Origin: Paraspadella gotoi | Taxonomy: Eukaryota > Animalia > Chaetognatha | Reading direction: 5' to 3' | Length of the DNA: 64,000 nucleotides | NCBI GenBank assembly: GCA_051294375.1 | Contig: CM119265.1 | Coordinates: 15,784,564-15,848,563 of the forward strand | Shown here: one piece after another, positions 1 to 13,001 of the stretch | How positions within the stretch are numbered: position 1 is the first letter of the stretch | Layout: each line of letters begins with the position of its first letter | Program-made: the position numbers and the translations under genes | The notes under the pieces: model-generated | Databases searched by the model: none | Told to the model about the DNA's origin: nothing | What the model saw: only the letters and a program-made list of their open reading frames with translations

Positions 1-2505
1 GTAGTCTGCCCGGTCACGCCTATCGGTCGAACGGCTCGCCGAACGGAGCGTCCACGCAATCTCGCGACACTCCGCCCGGCAGGGAGGCGCCGTTGCTTCC
101 CCCCAAACAGAGACATCTGTCGCAGGAACTGTCGAGAACGCCGACCACGCCGCCGACAACGATGGGCGTCGATGCAAGGTAAGACTACACTTTTAGCGGG
201 AACATTTTCTCATCTAATAATTGACAAATTTAATTTACACGTTTATTATCAGATCTCCAATTCCCGTTCCAACTCCAACTCTCTCTCCGCAACCTTCAAC
301 TAGTCAAAACTCCCAACAGCACCACATTTCTTCGCAACCGCAACAGAAACAGCAACCCCCGTTTCCTCAGCAACAACTCAAAGCAACGGTGCCCCAGAGA
401 CCCCTGCCGCTTCGACCTTTCCAATCCTACCACTACGGTTCCGTCTCGTCCAATCAGAGCTCGAACGCCTCTACACCTCTCAGCCAATCACCGGTCGGCT
501 CGTTGCCGCGGGACGTCGATCCTCGTTTTCAAGGAGAAGATTTTCGCAAGTTCACTTCCAACGATTCTCTTTACGACAATCACAACAACAACAACTTTGG
601 CAATCATGACAACCGCGTCGTCGACGACAGAATGGACGAGGAGAGCCAATTGGCTGAACTCACTCGATTGACCAATCAGCTCTCGCGAATGGCGCAGATC
701 TCCGCCCATCAGCGCTCAACTCCGCCACTGCTGACCAATCAACGTTCGACACCGTCGCCGTCTTCGACCAATCAGCATCTACCTTCGCCATTGTCGAGTC
801 AACGCTCGACGCCGCATCAGTCGCCGATGAAATGGCGGGAGGAACGCTCGCCGTTGGATCGATCGCCGCTTGAGCGTTCGCCGTTGGAGCGGTCGCCGTT
901 GGAGCGGTCACCGGGTAAACCCCGCGAGGATCCGCACCGACCGCCCATTCCACCAAAAACTCTGACTAGGAAACAGAGGCAGCCCTCGACCTACGACAAC
1001 GTCCCGACGACAAATCCCCCAATCTACCAACACCAGAGGTCGCTGAACGGTCCTTACAACAACAACAACTGTAACGCAGACGCCCGACGTCCGTCGTCGC
1101 CGCCCGAATCTCCGCTGGCTACGATGACGACGACGACGACGACGATCGAATCGCGCGACGCTTTCGTCGTCGACGGCGTCACATTCGTCAGAGGTGGCGC
1201 CGAGAGCGTCGACGGGCGCTCTTTGACGCTGCCCGGGCACGCCCATCTCCATCGCGGCGTCGGCGTGGTTGGCGCGGACGACGCGGCGCTCCTTCCGCCC
1301 GACGCCGGCCGCACTTCCGTCTATTCGTCGTCGTCCAACTTTTCCTTCGAATCCTCGCAGACTTCGGAATCGGGCGTCAACATGTCCGACGCCTCCTCCG
1401 CCTCCTTTCAAAGCCTTCAGTCCGACAACGTCGCCGTCTTGGCGCAGGTGAGGACGAAGGCGTCGAGGCGGTGGGAGAAGTCGGGGTCGGGTCGGGTCGG
1501 TTGGTCTTTTGTAATTGTGATTTTGGAGAGCGGCGTGAAACACGTGAATCAAGATTAAGTCTTAAGAAACCCAACTATTAATCTTTGTCAATACATTATT
1601 TATTTACATCATTATAGCAGACCATAAAAATAACAATACATCAACTAAATGCGATTATAATTTATGATCATTTTACAAACGTTAAATAAAGTTACAATAC
1701 CAAGCCGGATCATTAGTCATTAGACCATCTGCAAAGTCGGGGACAAATCAGCTAATGATTGGATGAGTAGATAGTTTGGTATTGTTTGTATCAATTTAAA
1801 AGCGAGTAACCAAAAAAAAAAAGGAAATAAGTAAAAGAATCTATCACTAACGACCCCCAGGTTCCGCTTCAGTCGGTGTCGTCGTCGTCACCGTGTCGTC
1901 TCCGCGCGACGTCTACATTTTCGTCGTCGTCGGACGCGTCGTCGGAAGCCTCTCAAGATTCGTCGGGAATATCGTCGCTGCCCTCTGGATCCAATCAGCA
2001 AATCACCAACAACTTTGTCAACGGACAAAACGGCATAGTAAGATTTCTGCGTTTTTGTGAGATGTTGGAGAAAACCACGTCATGTTATTCACAACATACG
2101 GTGACTCCCTTTTCAGTCACATTATGAAAAAAAGGGAAACAAGAGGGAAAATGGTTGCGAAACGGAAAAAAAAACACATTTTTTTTCCTTTTTTTTTTTC
2201 TTTCAAAAACCCGCTGAATACCAAACGAGCGCTAATGGGCCTGATGTGCAACATCTGTATAATGGGTGGCCCCCGAATCGCCTTTTCTTCTCCCCAACGC
2301 CCCCGCATTCTACTGTGTCCTCCGCTCCGCCCCCTTTCCCCCCCCTCGGCTCCGAACTCGATAGTCCCTCTGGGGATTTGGATTTTTTTTTTACTTTGGC
2401 CACGTTTCCTCTTCCTTCCTTCTGCCTTCTCTCCATTTCTTTTTCTTTGACTTGAACATGTCATTTGTTTGCGTCTCATTTTGTTGTTCTTTGGTTTCGG
2501 TCTCA

Positions 2506-2564
<59 letters not shown>

Positions 2565-2899
2565 CTCTCCTCTCTCTCTCTCTCTTTCTCTCTCTTGCTC
2601 TCTCTCTTCTCTCGGATTTTTCGCACTGCTTTGACGTTTCTCGACTGATTTTGTGCGACTTTTGTGGGGTTTCAGATTCTCTACATAAGTTTTCTTATTG
2701 TTTTTTTTTCTTTTTGGATTTCTTCTTTCTTTTTCTTCTCTGTGCTTTCTTGACCATTTCAATTATTTAAAAAAATATCTTAGATATATAGATAATCTCT
2801 ATCTATTAAATATATATCTGCCTAATCAATCAATCAACCAATAAATAAATTAATAAATAAATTAATAAATAAATTAATAAATAAATAAATAAATTAATA

Positions 2900-2950
<51 letters not shown>

Positions 2951-3827
2951 GACTTTTTCAGATTCCCGAAGGCGACGAAGTGACCATGTACGAGGTGGAG
3001 GAGAAACCGAGTCACTCCTTCTCTACCGGATGCATTCAACAGATGTCGTTGACGCCGTTCAAAGGAGGAGGAGGAGGAGGAGGAGGAGGGGAAGGGAGTG
3101 AAGTAGGAGCCGGAGAAGCGGGGAAAATCGGAGGAGCAGGAGGAGCAGAGATGGAAGCCGGAACCGGCGCCGCGTGGATGACGAAGAGCATCACGACGAT
3201 GGAGTTGGGAAAGACGCCGCCGCCGCTTCCGCCGAAGAAGAAGCAAAGTGAGTTCGCATGGAATTTGATAACGTTGATTAATGATTATCGACGACGGGGT
3301 TGAGAGAAATTCTTATTCATTTAGAATATTTTATAAAAAAAACATTAAACTACTTCATCGATTGGGAAGCCTGGTTCTATGGGAGTGAATAAACTACAAG
3401 ACTGAGAGAGAGTGTTGCGAGGTGCTGCTTCGTTATGTTATTATCTTGACAGAGGGATATAGGCCTGAACCCAGCATAGTCTGTTCAAAGTTAGGGGCAA
3501 GATAGTTTATTTATTGAATGAATGGATTACTTTTTATTTTCATTGTACCAATTTTAAAAACTCTGGTATAATTACTTTAAATAATATGAACATTTTTTTT
3601 CCACTAATTATTTCTTCTGCTTGTGTTCCTTTGTTGTTTTTTTCCACCGCACCGGGTAGTTCCATTTGAAAGTTGTTTTCTGGAATTTAGAATCGATTAG
3701 AAAATCCTTCTGTCATCTTCTTGACAACCTAATTATTAAAGCCTTTGCAGTCGCTAGTTGCTGTCAACATTATCAACCACAACGGCGCCCCCGCTGAAGA
3801 CGTTGACGACCGAATAGTCCGTAAGAA

Positions 3828-3860
<33 letters not shown>

Positions 3861-6800
3861 TCTGATTATGCTAATTATTGTAATCATTTAAACGCTGCCA
3901 GGCGCGAAGGGAAAGAAGAGAGATTTAATGAAAGTTAATGAAGCGGTAAAGTTTTATCTCGAATTTTTCTTTCCTTTTGTTTCGGAGATTTTTAATTTGA
4001 GGAAGACGAGGCTTTCCTTCTTTTTTTTTTACGCCGCGTTAACTCGCAGACCTCCCTCACCCTCAGCCCGTCTTCTCTCCTTCCTCACCCCTTCCTGCAC
4101 TTTTTGTTATTCCTTCCGCTCAGATTTGTTCATTTTTTCCCCCTTTTTTTTCATCTCGGTTTTCCATTTTTTTCCCTTTCTTTTGCATTTTCCTTTTTTT
4201 TTTCCCTTTCTTTTTGCATTTCTCCCCGCTTTCCTTTTTTCCCCCCTTTGGCGAGACGAGATAAAATTTCATCCCCTTGTTCTTTCCTTTTTCTTTCTTT
4301 TTCTTTCCTATTTTTTCTATTTACTTTTTTTTTATTCAGTTCCTTTTTCTCAGTCTTTCCTTTTTTTACAATTTATCATAATCATCTTTCTCGCTGTCTC
4401 ACTTTCTCGCTTTTTTCACCGCAAGTTCACAAAAATCACGATTTTTTTCATTTTTTCGATAGTGCAAATTCAGTACAAGTTTACGTACAGGGTTTATTTT
4501 AACTGCAGAACCTCTTATTAATATTACAATAAAGTAGTCTATTTATTTATCAAGTAAATTAGCCACAGGAAAAAGATTCATCATGAAAACGTTGTCACGG
4601 GCCGACTTTAAAAATATTCCAAACCATAAGAATTACGACCGAGTTCCTCATTCTATTCAAATTCGCGTCGGCTTTTCGTAATTGTACAATGTAAAGTAAT
4701 ATAACGTGCGACCCATATCAAACGGGTTATATTATTTTAGTTATCTTAAAATTAAATTATTTACTAATGAAAGAATTTACTTAAAAGAGCCATGGGAAGA
4801 AATTTACAGACATTCAAATCGACATAGCACTCTTCTTTCAAGTCTGTTTTTTTTAAATTCGTGTGTGTTTGTATGCGTGTGTAACTATATATATATCGGT
4901 TGACTTTCGCCCCTTCCTCGGCGAGTAGAGAATCTAACTTTGGGGTGGTAGTTTGAAACTCTGAAACACAGCTTTCAAGTAAGAATTAAAAACCAGCTTA
5001 ATTGTCCGGTGCTGACACTATGTGACAGTGTAACAATTCAGTCTCCATCGTTTTTCAAAACCCGGGGGTCAGGTCAGGTCGACCCGGACAATATTTTGAC
5101 CCTGGAAGTTAGAAGTAGTTAAAAGGAAAAAAAAGGGGAAAAAAAGGGAGAAAATTTTCTTCGCATTTTTTTTTCTTCTCTCTCGAGTCTGAAGCGAATT
5201 TTGAAGTTCGAGAGTCGAAATTAAAAACAAACGCTGAGGGATTCAACATGTGAGAAGAGGAAGAGAAAGATGAGGAGGAAGTGGATGTTATTTGGGGCGT
5301 TGCTCTCTCAAAATCACCAAACTAATTCCTTTCCAACTTGTTTAATGGCGAGGAAATACGAAATTTAATTTCTTGTGAAAAAAAAAATAAATAAAAAAGA
5401 TAAATATTGATAAAATAAATATTGCACCCTTGCCAAGTGCGTTGAATCGTTCGAACCAAAAAAACCATCGCTAAAAATAGAACAAAACTAATTTGTTTTT
5501 TTTTTCTATCCACGTTTTGCGATTCACAGATCCTATGTTATGTTTTTAAGACTCAAAGGCAACCTTCCTCTTTTGCCCCCCACCCGCTCGTCGACGCCCC
5601 CCTCTTCACAGTTCATCACTACATGGGCATTCTCGGTGACTACGAATCTCCGGCCGCCGAAGACTTCCTCCGCTACTCGGTCCAATCCCTCAATCTGCTG
5701 CATCAACAGTGGCTGCAGTTCCAAGCCTCCCTCCAAGGTCGCCCAGCCACGCAATTGGTGGGTCCGCTCAACTCGGACGTCTTCGGCAACGTCACCACGC
5801 AATCGCAAGAGGGTCATCTCTTCATCCACCGCCAGGTGCGGGGTCAAGGCTCGGTCCCGCCCACAACGCCGCCGAAAACCACGCCGTTTCATTCGGGCGT
5901 CAAGCCCGCGCCATTTATCGAAAGTGGCGTCGCTCGTCAGATCAGCTACGGAGCAGGATCGGACGACGGCGTCTTTCCAGATCCTCGACCGCCGACCAAA
6001 AGCGCGCAGCCTTTGAGCTTAAACGGCGCCGCGTTCGAAGCGGCACCGGCGAACGACGCCGCGGCGGAGACTAAGCCGCAGCTGCCGAAGAAAACGCGAT
6101 CGGTGGATCGAAGCGGAGAAACGATCGGCGTCGGAGGAGGAGGAAGAGAAGGAGAAAAACCGGCGCCGGCAAAGTCTAACGGCGCTTCGACGCTAGAATC
6201 GGCGACGACGAGAAAAACGGCGTCTTCCTCGTCGTCATCGTCGTCGGACGGCGTCGTTCCGAGATCGGATAGTGGCGTCGAGGAGACGCCCAACGACGCA
6301 GAGATGGAATCAGAGTCAACGGAATCGACCGACAGACAAAAGATCAACGCGTTGGAACTGATGGACGTCGACGGTCTGCTTGTTTATAAGGCGCCTGTGA
6401 GTAGACTTTCCATCAAGAGTCGCTTTAATTGTTTAAAAATATAATTGTTTAAAAAACTAGAAAGAATTTATCCCCCAAAAAAGTTCCTAACTTACTTCAC
6501 TTTATTTTAAAATTAAAATAATATATTCATAACATAAATATTGTTCGTAATCTATATTAGCATTAATATTATTATTAACATTAACAGACGGAGGAGGGAC
6601 CCGAAGTCCGCGGCGGCACCGTCGACACGCTCGTCGTCCACGCGACGAGGGTTTCCAAAAACGAGTTCTTCTTTCAAGAAGCTTTTCTCACGACTTACAG
6701 GTGAGTCGGGAAAGTTAAGATTATGTATAGCTTAGTTTTAATTGTATATAAATAAATAAATAGTGAGTCTGTAGCTGAGATAAGGTGCTGAACTCAACAG

Positions 6801-7454
6801 GTGAACCAATTAAAAATATAATGTGAGCTTTTTATAAGTTTTGGAACAGAAAACACCAAAATTCATGAGAGTCTGAGAGTCCTTAAGGCTTAAGTTTCAG
6901 AGAGATTCACATTAATTTCCTAAAGAAAAATTGCCGCTTACGAAGTCCTCTCACACATTTCACGGTGAGTTCATAACCTGAGACAGCTTCACTCTCAGCA
7001 TCCGGGTTAGTTTCTCAGTCTGCTCACTCATCCCTGTTCAAACTCCAGCCCCATTTATCATTTCCCCGTCCATGAACGCAGAGAGTGCCTATCTCTCGCT
7101 CGCTTGATCGCTCTCTCTCGCTCTCTCGCTCTCTCGCTCTCTCGCTCGCGAAATTGAAAACAAAAGAATCAAGTTTGGGAGGGAAAAAAAAAGAAAGTGC
7201 AGATTCGATTCTCTCAAAGGACAAAGAGGGCGAACGACAATGACAAAGACGACGGTAACGACGTGAAAGACGTTACCGTCGAACACGAAGAAGACGACGA
7301 TAACGACGACGAAAACGACGAAAATCTCGTCCCCTCGGAACGATAATCGTCTCCTTCTTTACTTGTCCGGGCGAAGAGTCTCCATTGTCTTTAGCGCCTC
7401 CATGATCATTTGCATATTTCTACATTAATATTTTTCACGCCCCTACCCACTTGC

Positions 7455-7528
<74 letters not shown>

Positions 7529-7546
7529 TCTCTTCTCTCTTCTCTC

Positions 7547-7630
<84 letters not shown>

Positions 7631-7802
7631 CCGTAGAACCTTTTTATCGCCTTGGAGCCTCATAGACAAGCTCATCTACCGCTACAACAAATTCTCTCAC
7701 ATGATGGACCAGAACAAGAAGCGAGCCTCCAGAAACGCCTTCTCGCTCCTTATAAGGGCCGTCGACGAACTATGGTGAGTAAAACTAAGAGAGAGAAGAG
7801 AG

Positions 7803-7888
<86 letters not shown>

Positions 7889-10800
7889 AAAGCATTGATG
7901 GCTCTTAAAGGAAAAGAAAACCTTGACCGCTCGCCGTTATCTATTCTTCCATTTCCATTAAAATTCCATTTTATGAAGAAGAAAAAACGAGAACGTCTCT
8001 CTTCTTTTCCTTCTTCGGTTCTGCTCTTTTCTCGGGATCTTCCTCCTTCAGGTTCTGCTCTTTTCTGCTTCAGGTTCCGCGCTACTCGTTTTGCTTTTGG
8101 CGCCTTTAGTTTTCTCCTTTTGCGCTGCTTTAGTTTCCCGCTCCTCTCTCGATTCTCTCTCGCTGTTGCTCGAAACCATTACACTGCGTTTCTCGCTCCC
8201 TTGGCTCTTTGAGATCTCCTATCTTTCCACTTCATTCCTTCCCGCTCCCTCTAGACTCTCTCCCGCTCCCCTTGGATTCTCTCCCGCTCCCCTTGGACTC
8301 TCTTCCGCTCTCCCCAGATTCTCTCGCGCCTCCTTCGCTCCCCTTCTCGCTCTCCCTCCCGCTCCCCCTCTCACTCTCCGCGGTCTCGATCTCCTCCACC
8401 ATTCTAGAGATGAGGTTGGTAACCATGGCGACGCCGTTCCAGACGACTCGGGTGAGTTCTCCGGGTCGGATCGGCGGCGGAGGAAGATCGTGGGTGAGGA
8501 AGGAGAAGCGGCGTCGCTCCTCTTCGGTGAGGAGGAAGGCGTGGCTCCAACGCGGAGAAGTGTTCTGACCGTAAATCCTGAAAGTGGGGGGGAGGGTGGA
8601 TCCCGGACAGGTTAACATCGCGAAAGTTTCACCTTTTGTCCCTTTGATTGGTTTTTCGCGGTTTCATTTTTATTCCCTTTCCACTATCTGCCCTACATCC
8701 TCCTTATATGGATCGATGTCCTTCCCTGAACCGACCGCCGCCTTTATTTTACTTCCTCACCATTTCGTGGCGGAATATTCTTCGTAAATGACGTCGAAGT
8801 GTTTTCGAGTTCGGATCGGCGACAAAGGGCCTCTGAATGTCGGGTTTAGGGATACGGAAAGATTGAAAATAAGTTAGTTAAAAATTATATTCCTAATGTA
8901 GCCGATCTCATTCTCCAACTAACCTGACGTATTTCTGCTTCTCAAAACACTCGATGCTGATGTAGAGCGCCTCCTGCACGACGAGCGGCACCACCTCCGC
9001 CAGCGTCTTGTTATTCGTCGCGAGGGAAGGGTTCACGTTCGCCTTTTTGTATTTAATTTCGTTAAATTCCGTTGAAAGTCGCTACTCGTAGGTTGGAAAA
9101 GAAAAACAAAATGAACCTCGATGAGCCAAACATTTAGTCGATCGTCGATCAAAAAGTCGAAGCCTAAAATCTCGAATCTTCCGTTGGATTCTTTCGAAGG
9201 GAGATTGGGCCTGACGGCCTGTGAACGAAAAGCGATGTTGTCTATGTTTGATATCTATCATCCAATTTTCATTAGAAAGTCATCGCTGCCGTCGTCGTTT
9301 CTACGACCTGAAAACATTGCACCATAATCTTTTTCATCTTCGACGGGAGAATTTCGGTGACCCAGTTTTCTCCGACCCCGATGAGCGGCGCCACTGAAAA
9401 CGAAACGTTGGATAGGAGTTTGCCTTTTGTCCGATATTTCGATCGTGAATTAATCCATAAAGTAGTTTAATAGATTAATGCTATAGTTTTCACCATTTTT
9501 GTTGACGTAATCGTTGAACCTCTCGATGCTCCAAACCGACTCGTCCTTTCGTTCTTCGTAGTCGGGATGACATCGTTGAACACATTGATTCGTGAGATGC
9601 GACATCAGCGTCTTTGCTGAATGAGGTTCGGATCTCATTCTCTACTGCTAAGCTATGTATTCCCCCCCGTCTCTTTCCCCCCTCCTTTTCCCCTCACGCG
9701 AGTTTTGGTAAGGGTCGATAGCGAGCCTGACGTAGCCGGGTCTGAAGAGGACGAGGTAAGGCTCCGTGGATGCGATGAGCATGAAGGCGCGAATGTCGGC
9801 CTTTCGTCCGTCGAGAAGGAGAGGGCGAGTGATGTAGCGTTGAATTATCTGACACGAAGATTTGGGGGATTCGTTCTTTAATTGATTAGTTTGACTTACG
9901 AAGGGGATTAATTATTTGTTAAATCTGATTATCCATTAGTCCCATCGCTCGTTCGTTCCAAACCCTATGATGCTGCTGCAAGTAAGAAGGAGCGTAGGCC
10001 CCGAGCTGCTGATTTCCCGCCGCGGCCCCGGCGGTGAAAGCGACGGCCNNNNNNNNNNNNNNNNNNNNNNCATTGGCGTTGATACTTGGCTCGACGGAGC
10101 TCGGTTTTCGTCGTCCCCTCGAAGAGGATCGTCGACGACGCTTCGTAGTCGTCGTCTTCGGCGGCTTCCTCGTCCGCGACGCCTTCACCGGCGACATCAT
10201 AACCTTGGCCGTCGCCTTCTCTTGCAGTTTGACCTCTTGCTGCCAGGCGTCGTATAATTGAATCAGGCGGTGGAACTCGTCCAAACTGTGAACCTGCGTT
10301 GCAACGAGAAATCTTTCCGGCGATATTCGATATATTAATCATTGAATATATACGCTTATTCATAAATATTTTTTACTATTACTCTTTTCATTCGTTACTC
10401 CTTGTCATTCATTGCGTTCTACTCACGAGGAAAATTCCCCGTCCACAATTCTCGTTTCCTGGTTTGCAGATCCAAACGTCTCCCGGACGAAACTCGCGGT
10501 AAAAGTTGGTTCGGTCCGTCGTCACGTCCACGCGGAAAGTCGTGGGAACGAATCTGGATAGCGCGAGTGGATCAGTCAATCAATCAATCAATCTTGTCAA
10601 GGATTCATCGACTAAATTTTGTCAAGGATCCATCGACTCCTCACTCTTCAGTCCTCACTTTTCCATCTTGATGTGACCGACGATTCCGTAACCCGGGCGT
10701 CTCATTCCTCCGCGCATCACTTCGCTCTCGTAGCTTGACAGGCTCTCCTTGAGATTGACCGGAAAAAGGGTGAATTCATTCAGTTGTGAGTTTATACTTA

Positions 10801-10910
10801 TGTATATGGCTAAAGGTTTCTTTTTTTTTTTACTTACCTATTTGAGAATTATTAATGTTTCTTTTTACTTTTTTTCTTTCTATCTTTCCTTTTTTTGTTT
10901 CTTTTTTGTT

Positions 10911-11002
<92 letters not shown>

Positions 11003-12946
11003 TCATTTTTCATGCCTCCACCGTACATAGAGTTTAATCTTGTCGCTAAGCAACGAAGTGTTGGGCACGTGGTTGACCATCTCTTTCCCGGGAGCGAATA
11101 CGACGCCTCGTAGCCGCGCCGGCGAGTCCGCCCACGTCAGGTGCCGGGGCGCCGATTCGGACGAGGGTCCCGCGACATACTCGGCCGACCTCGGCGATCC
11201 CGCCGCGTGTATCACCGACGCCGAATCCCGAGATCCGGCGATGGAACGTTTGGAAAACCCGGGGTAGAAGGCGCCGTTTTCTGGAAGGTTCGAGTTTCCG
11301 AAGGTTCTGGCGTCGGAGGCTTGGCCGCTCCCGAACGGCGCCGTGTCGTCCGGGCAAAAAGATGAGGAGCCGGCGTTAGGAGATTCCGGCGGCGTCGGCG
11401 CCGGAATCGTGATTCGCCGGACAAAGTCCATTCGCTGCGGAGAAAAACAAAAACAAAATTAAGCAATGCCGTCGTCACTCGTCACTCGTCACTCGTCACT
11501 CGTCAGTTCTACTCGTCTTCGTTACGTTTGTAGGAAAAACAACAACATCGACAACCTCCCATCCAATTCTGTAAAGGGCATCGTCGACGATCCATTCCCC
11601 GTTATCTCCGAGGATCTTGAAGTTCCTCGCCAACGTGGTGAGACCCACTAAGGCCGGGTGACCGGTCAGGACTCGAGGCGTCATTTCCGGAAGTTTCCAT
11701 GTTGTGGGGTAGTAGCGAATTTCTGGAAGAGGTGAAATCCAAAGAGGAGGGTTGAGAGGGTTAAGTGGAAAGAGCTGATCGATATTGTAAAATTGTAAAT
11801 TGAATCTCAACTGAGTTTCTCGGCGCCGGATTCGTTCGATCTCCGCTCCACGTCAGTCGCATTGGAATCGACACTCTCACGAGTCGGTGGCGTCATGCGC
11901 CCTCGTGGCGTCTTCCACGTGAATCTCGGCACCATCCGGTCTTTAGAGACTTCACCCAAGTATTCCATCTCCTTCGAGTGAAAAATCACAGTTCGTTTGT
12001 ATGTTTGTTGAGTACTTTAAAGGGGTGACGGTTCGTTCCTTCCTTTCTTCCTTCCTTCCTTCCTTCCTTCCTTCCTTTCCTTCCTTCCTTCCTTCCTTCC
12101 TTGATTTTTTTTTTTCTTTTTTTCCTTTTTTTACCTTCAAAATTTTATCCGCTTCCATGGCGATAGTCGCGTTGGAGGATGAATCAGTGTCCTGCTGCTG
12201 CGTCTTTGATCTTCGATGATTCTGCTGCATTGTAGTCAGGTCCCACGTTACGGATGATTGGACGCCGCCGCCGACGCCGCCGCGATTGTCGGCGCTGTTG
12301 CTCAAGTTGTAGTTGAGAGCGAGGACTTGGGAACTCGTCGTCAAGATCTTCTTCTTCTCCTTGGGCACGTCTTGATCTACCAACATTTTCACCAGTTGCT
12401 AATGATCCCAAAAAAAATAAAATTAATATAACAGATGATCGTTTCATTTCATAAATAAACTACTTTTTCTCTTTTGTCTTCGATGTTGTCTTTTCTGTTA
12501 TTGTGCGAAGAAACTCTTCTCATCGGCGGCAGTCGAAGCGAATACGTCGCCATATTTTCTGAAAATTTGATTAAAAAAAAAAATATTCTGAACAATCAAT
12601 TTTGTACCATATGTAAAATTGAGTTAATGAGATAATCTTGTGACTTCCCCACCTGAGAAAAGAGTCGCCCCCCCTTTTTTTTTTAGTTCGACATCCTTTA
12701 TTTTTCCTATTTTTTTGATTTTTGCATTTTTTTATTCTTTTTTTTCTTGCGAATTCGCGAAATTCGCGCGACGGAAAAAAAAAAGTTTTTCCTGTTCGGC
12801 GACTAAACTTCTCTTCAGCGAAAATCTAAACGGAGTTTGTCATCGATTTGTCACGACGACAATCGATCAATTAAGATGTGGATGCCTTATGGTTGATGTA
12901 CAAACAAAAACCGTTTTTGTCTTTTCGTCATTTTACATTTGGGCGG

Positions 12947-13001
<55 letters not shown>

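Noticed and set aside
2082-2770. Many ERERER/LSLSLS ORFs here and at 7406-8212, 10749-11113, 28664-29014 and 39883-40379
   Set aside because: Translations of intronic microsatellites and purine/pyrimidine tracts.
3928-4521. 197-aa Phe-rich ORF resembling a membrane protein
   Set aside because: T-rich low-complexity intron sequence of RAPGEF1 with no recognisable motif.
6760-7030. TGAG/CTCA-rich region with weak inverted symmetry
   Set aside because: Terminal repeats are too degenerate to call a MITE.
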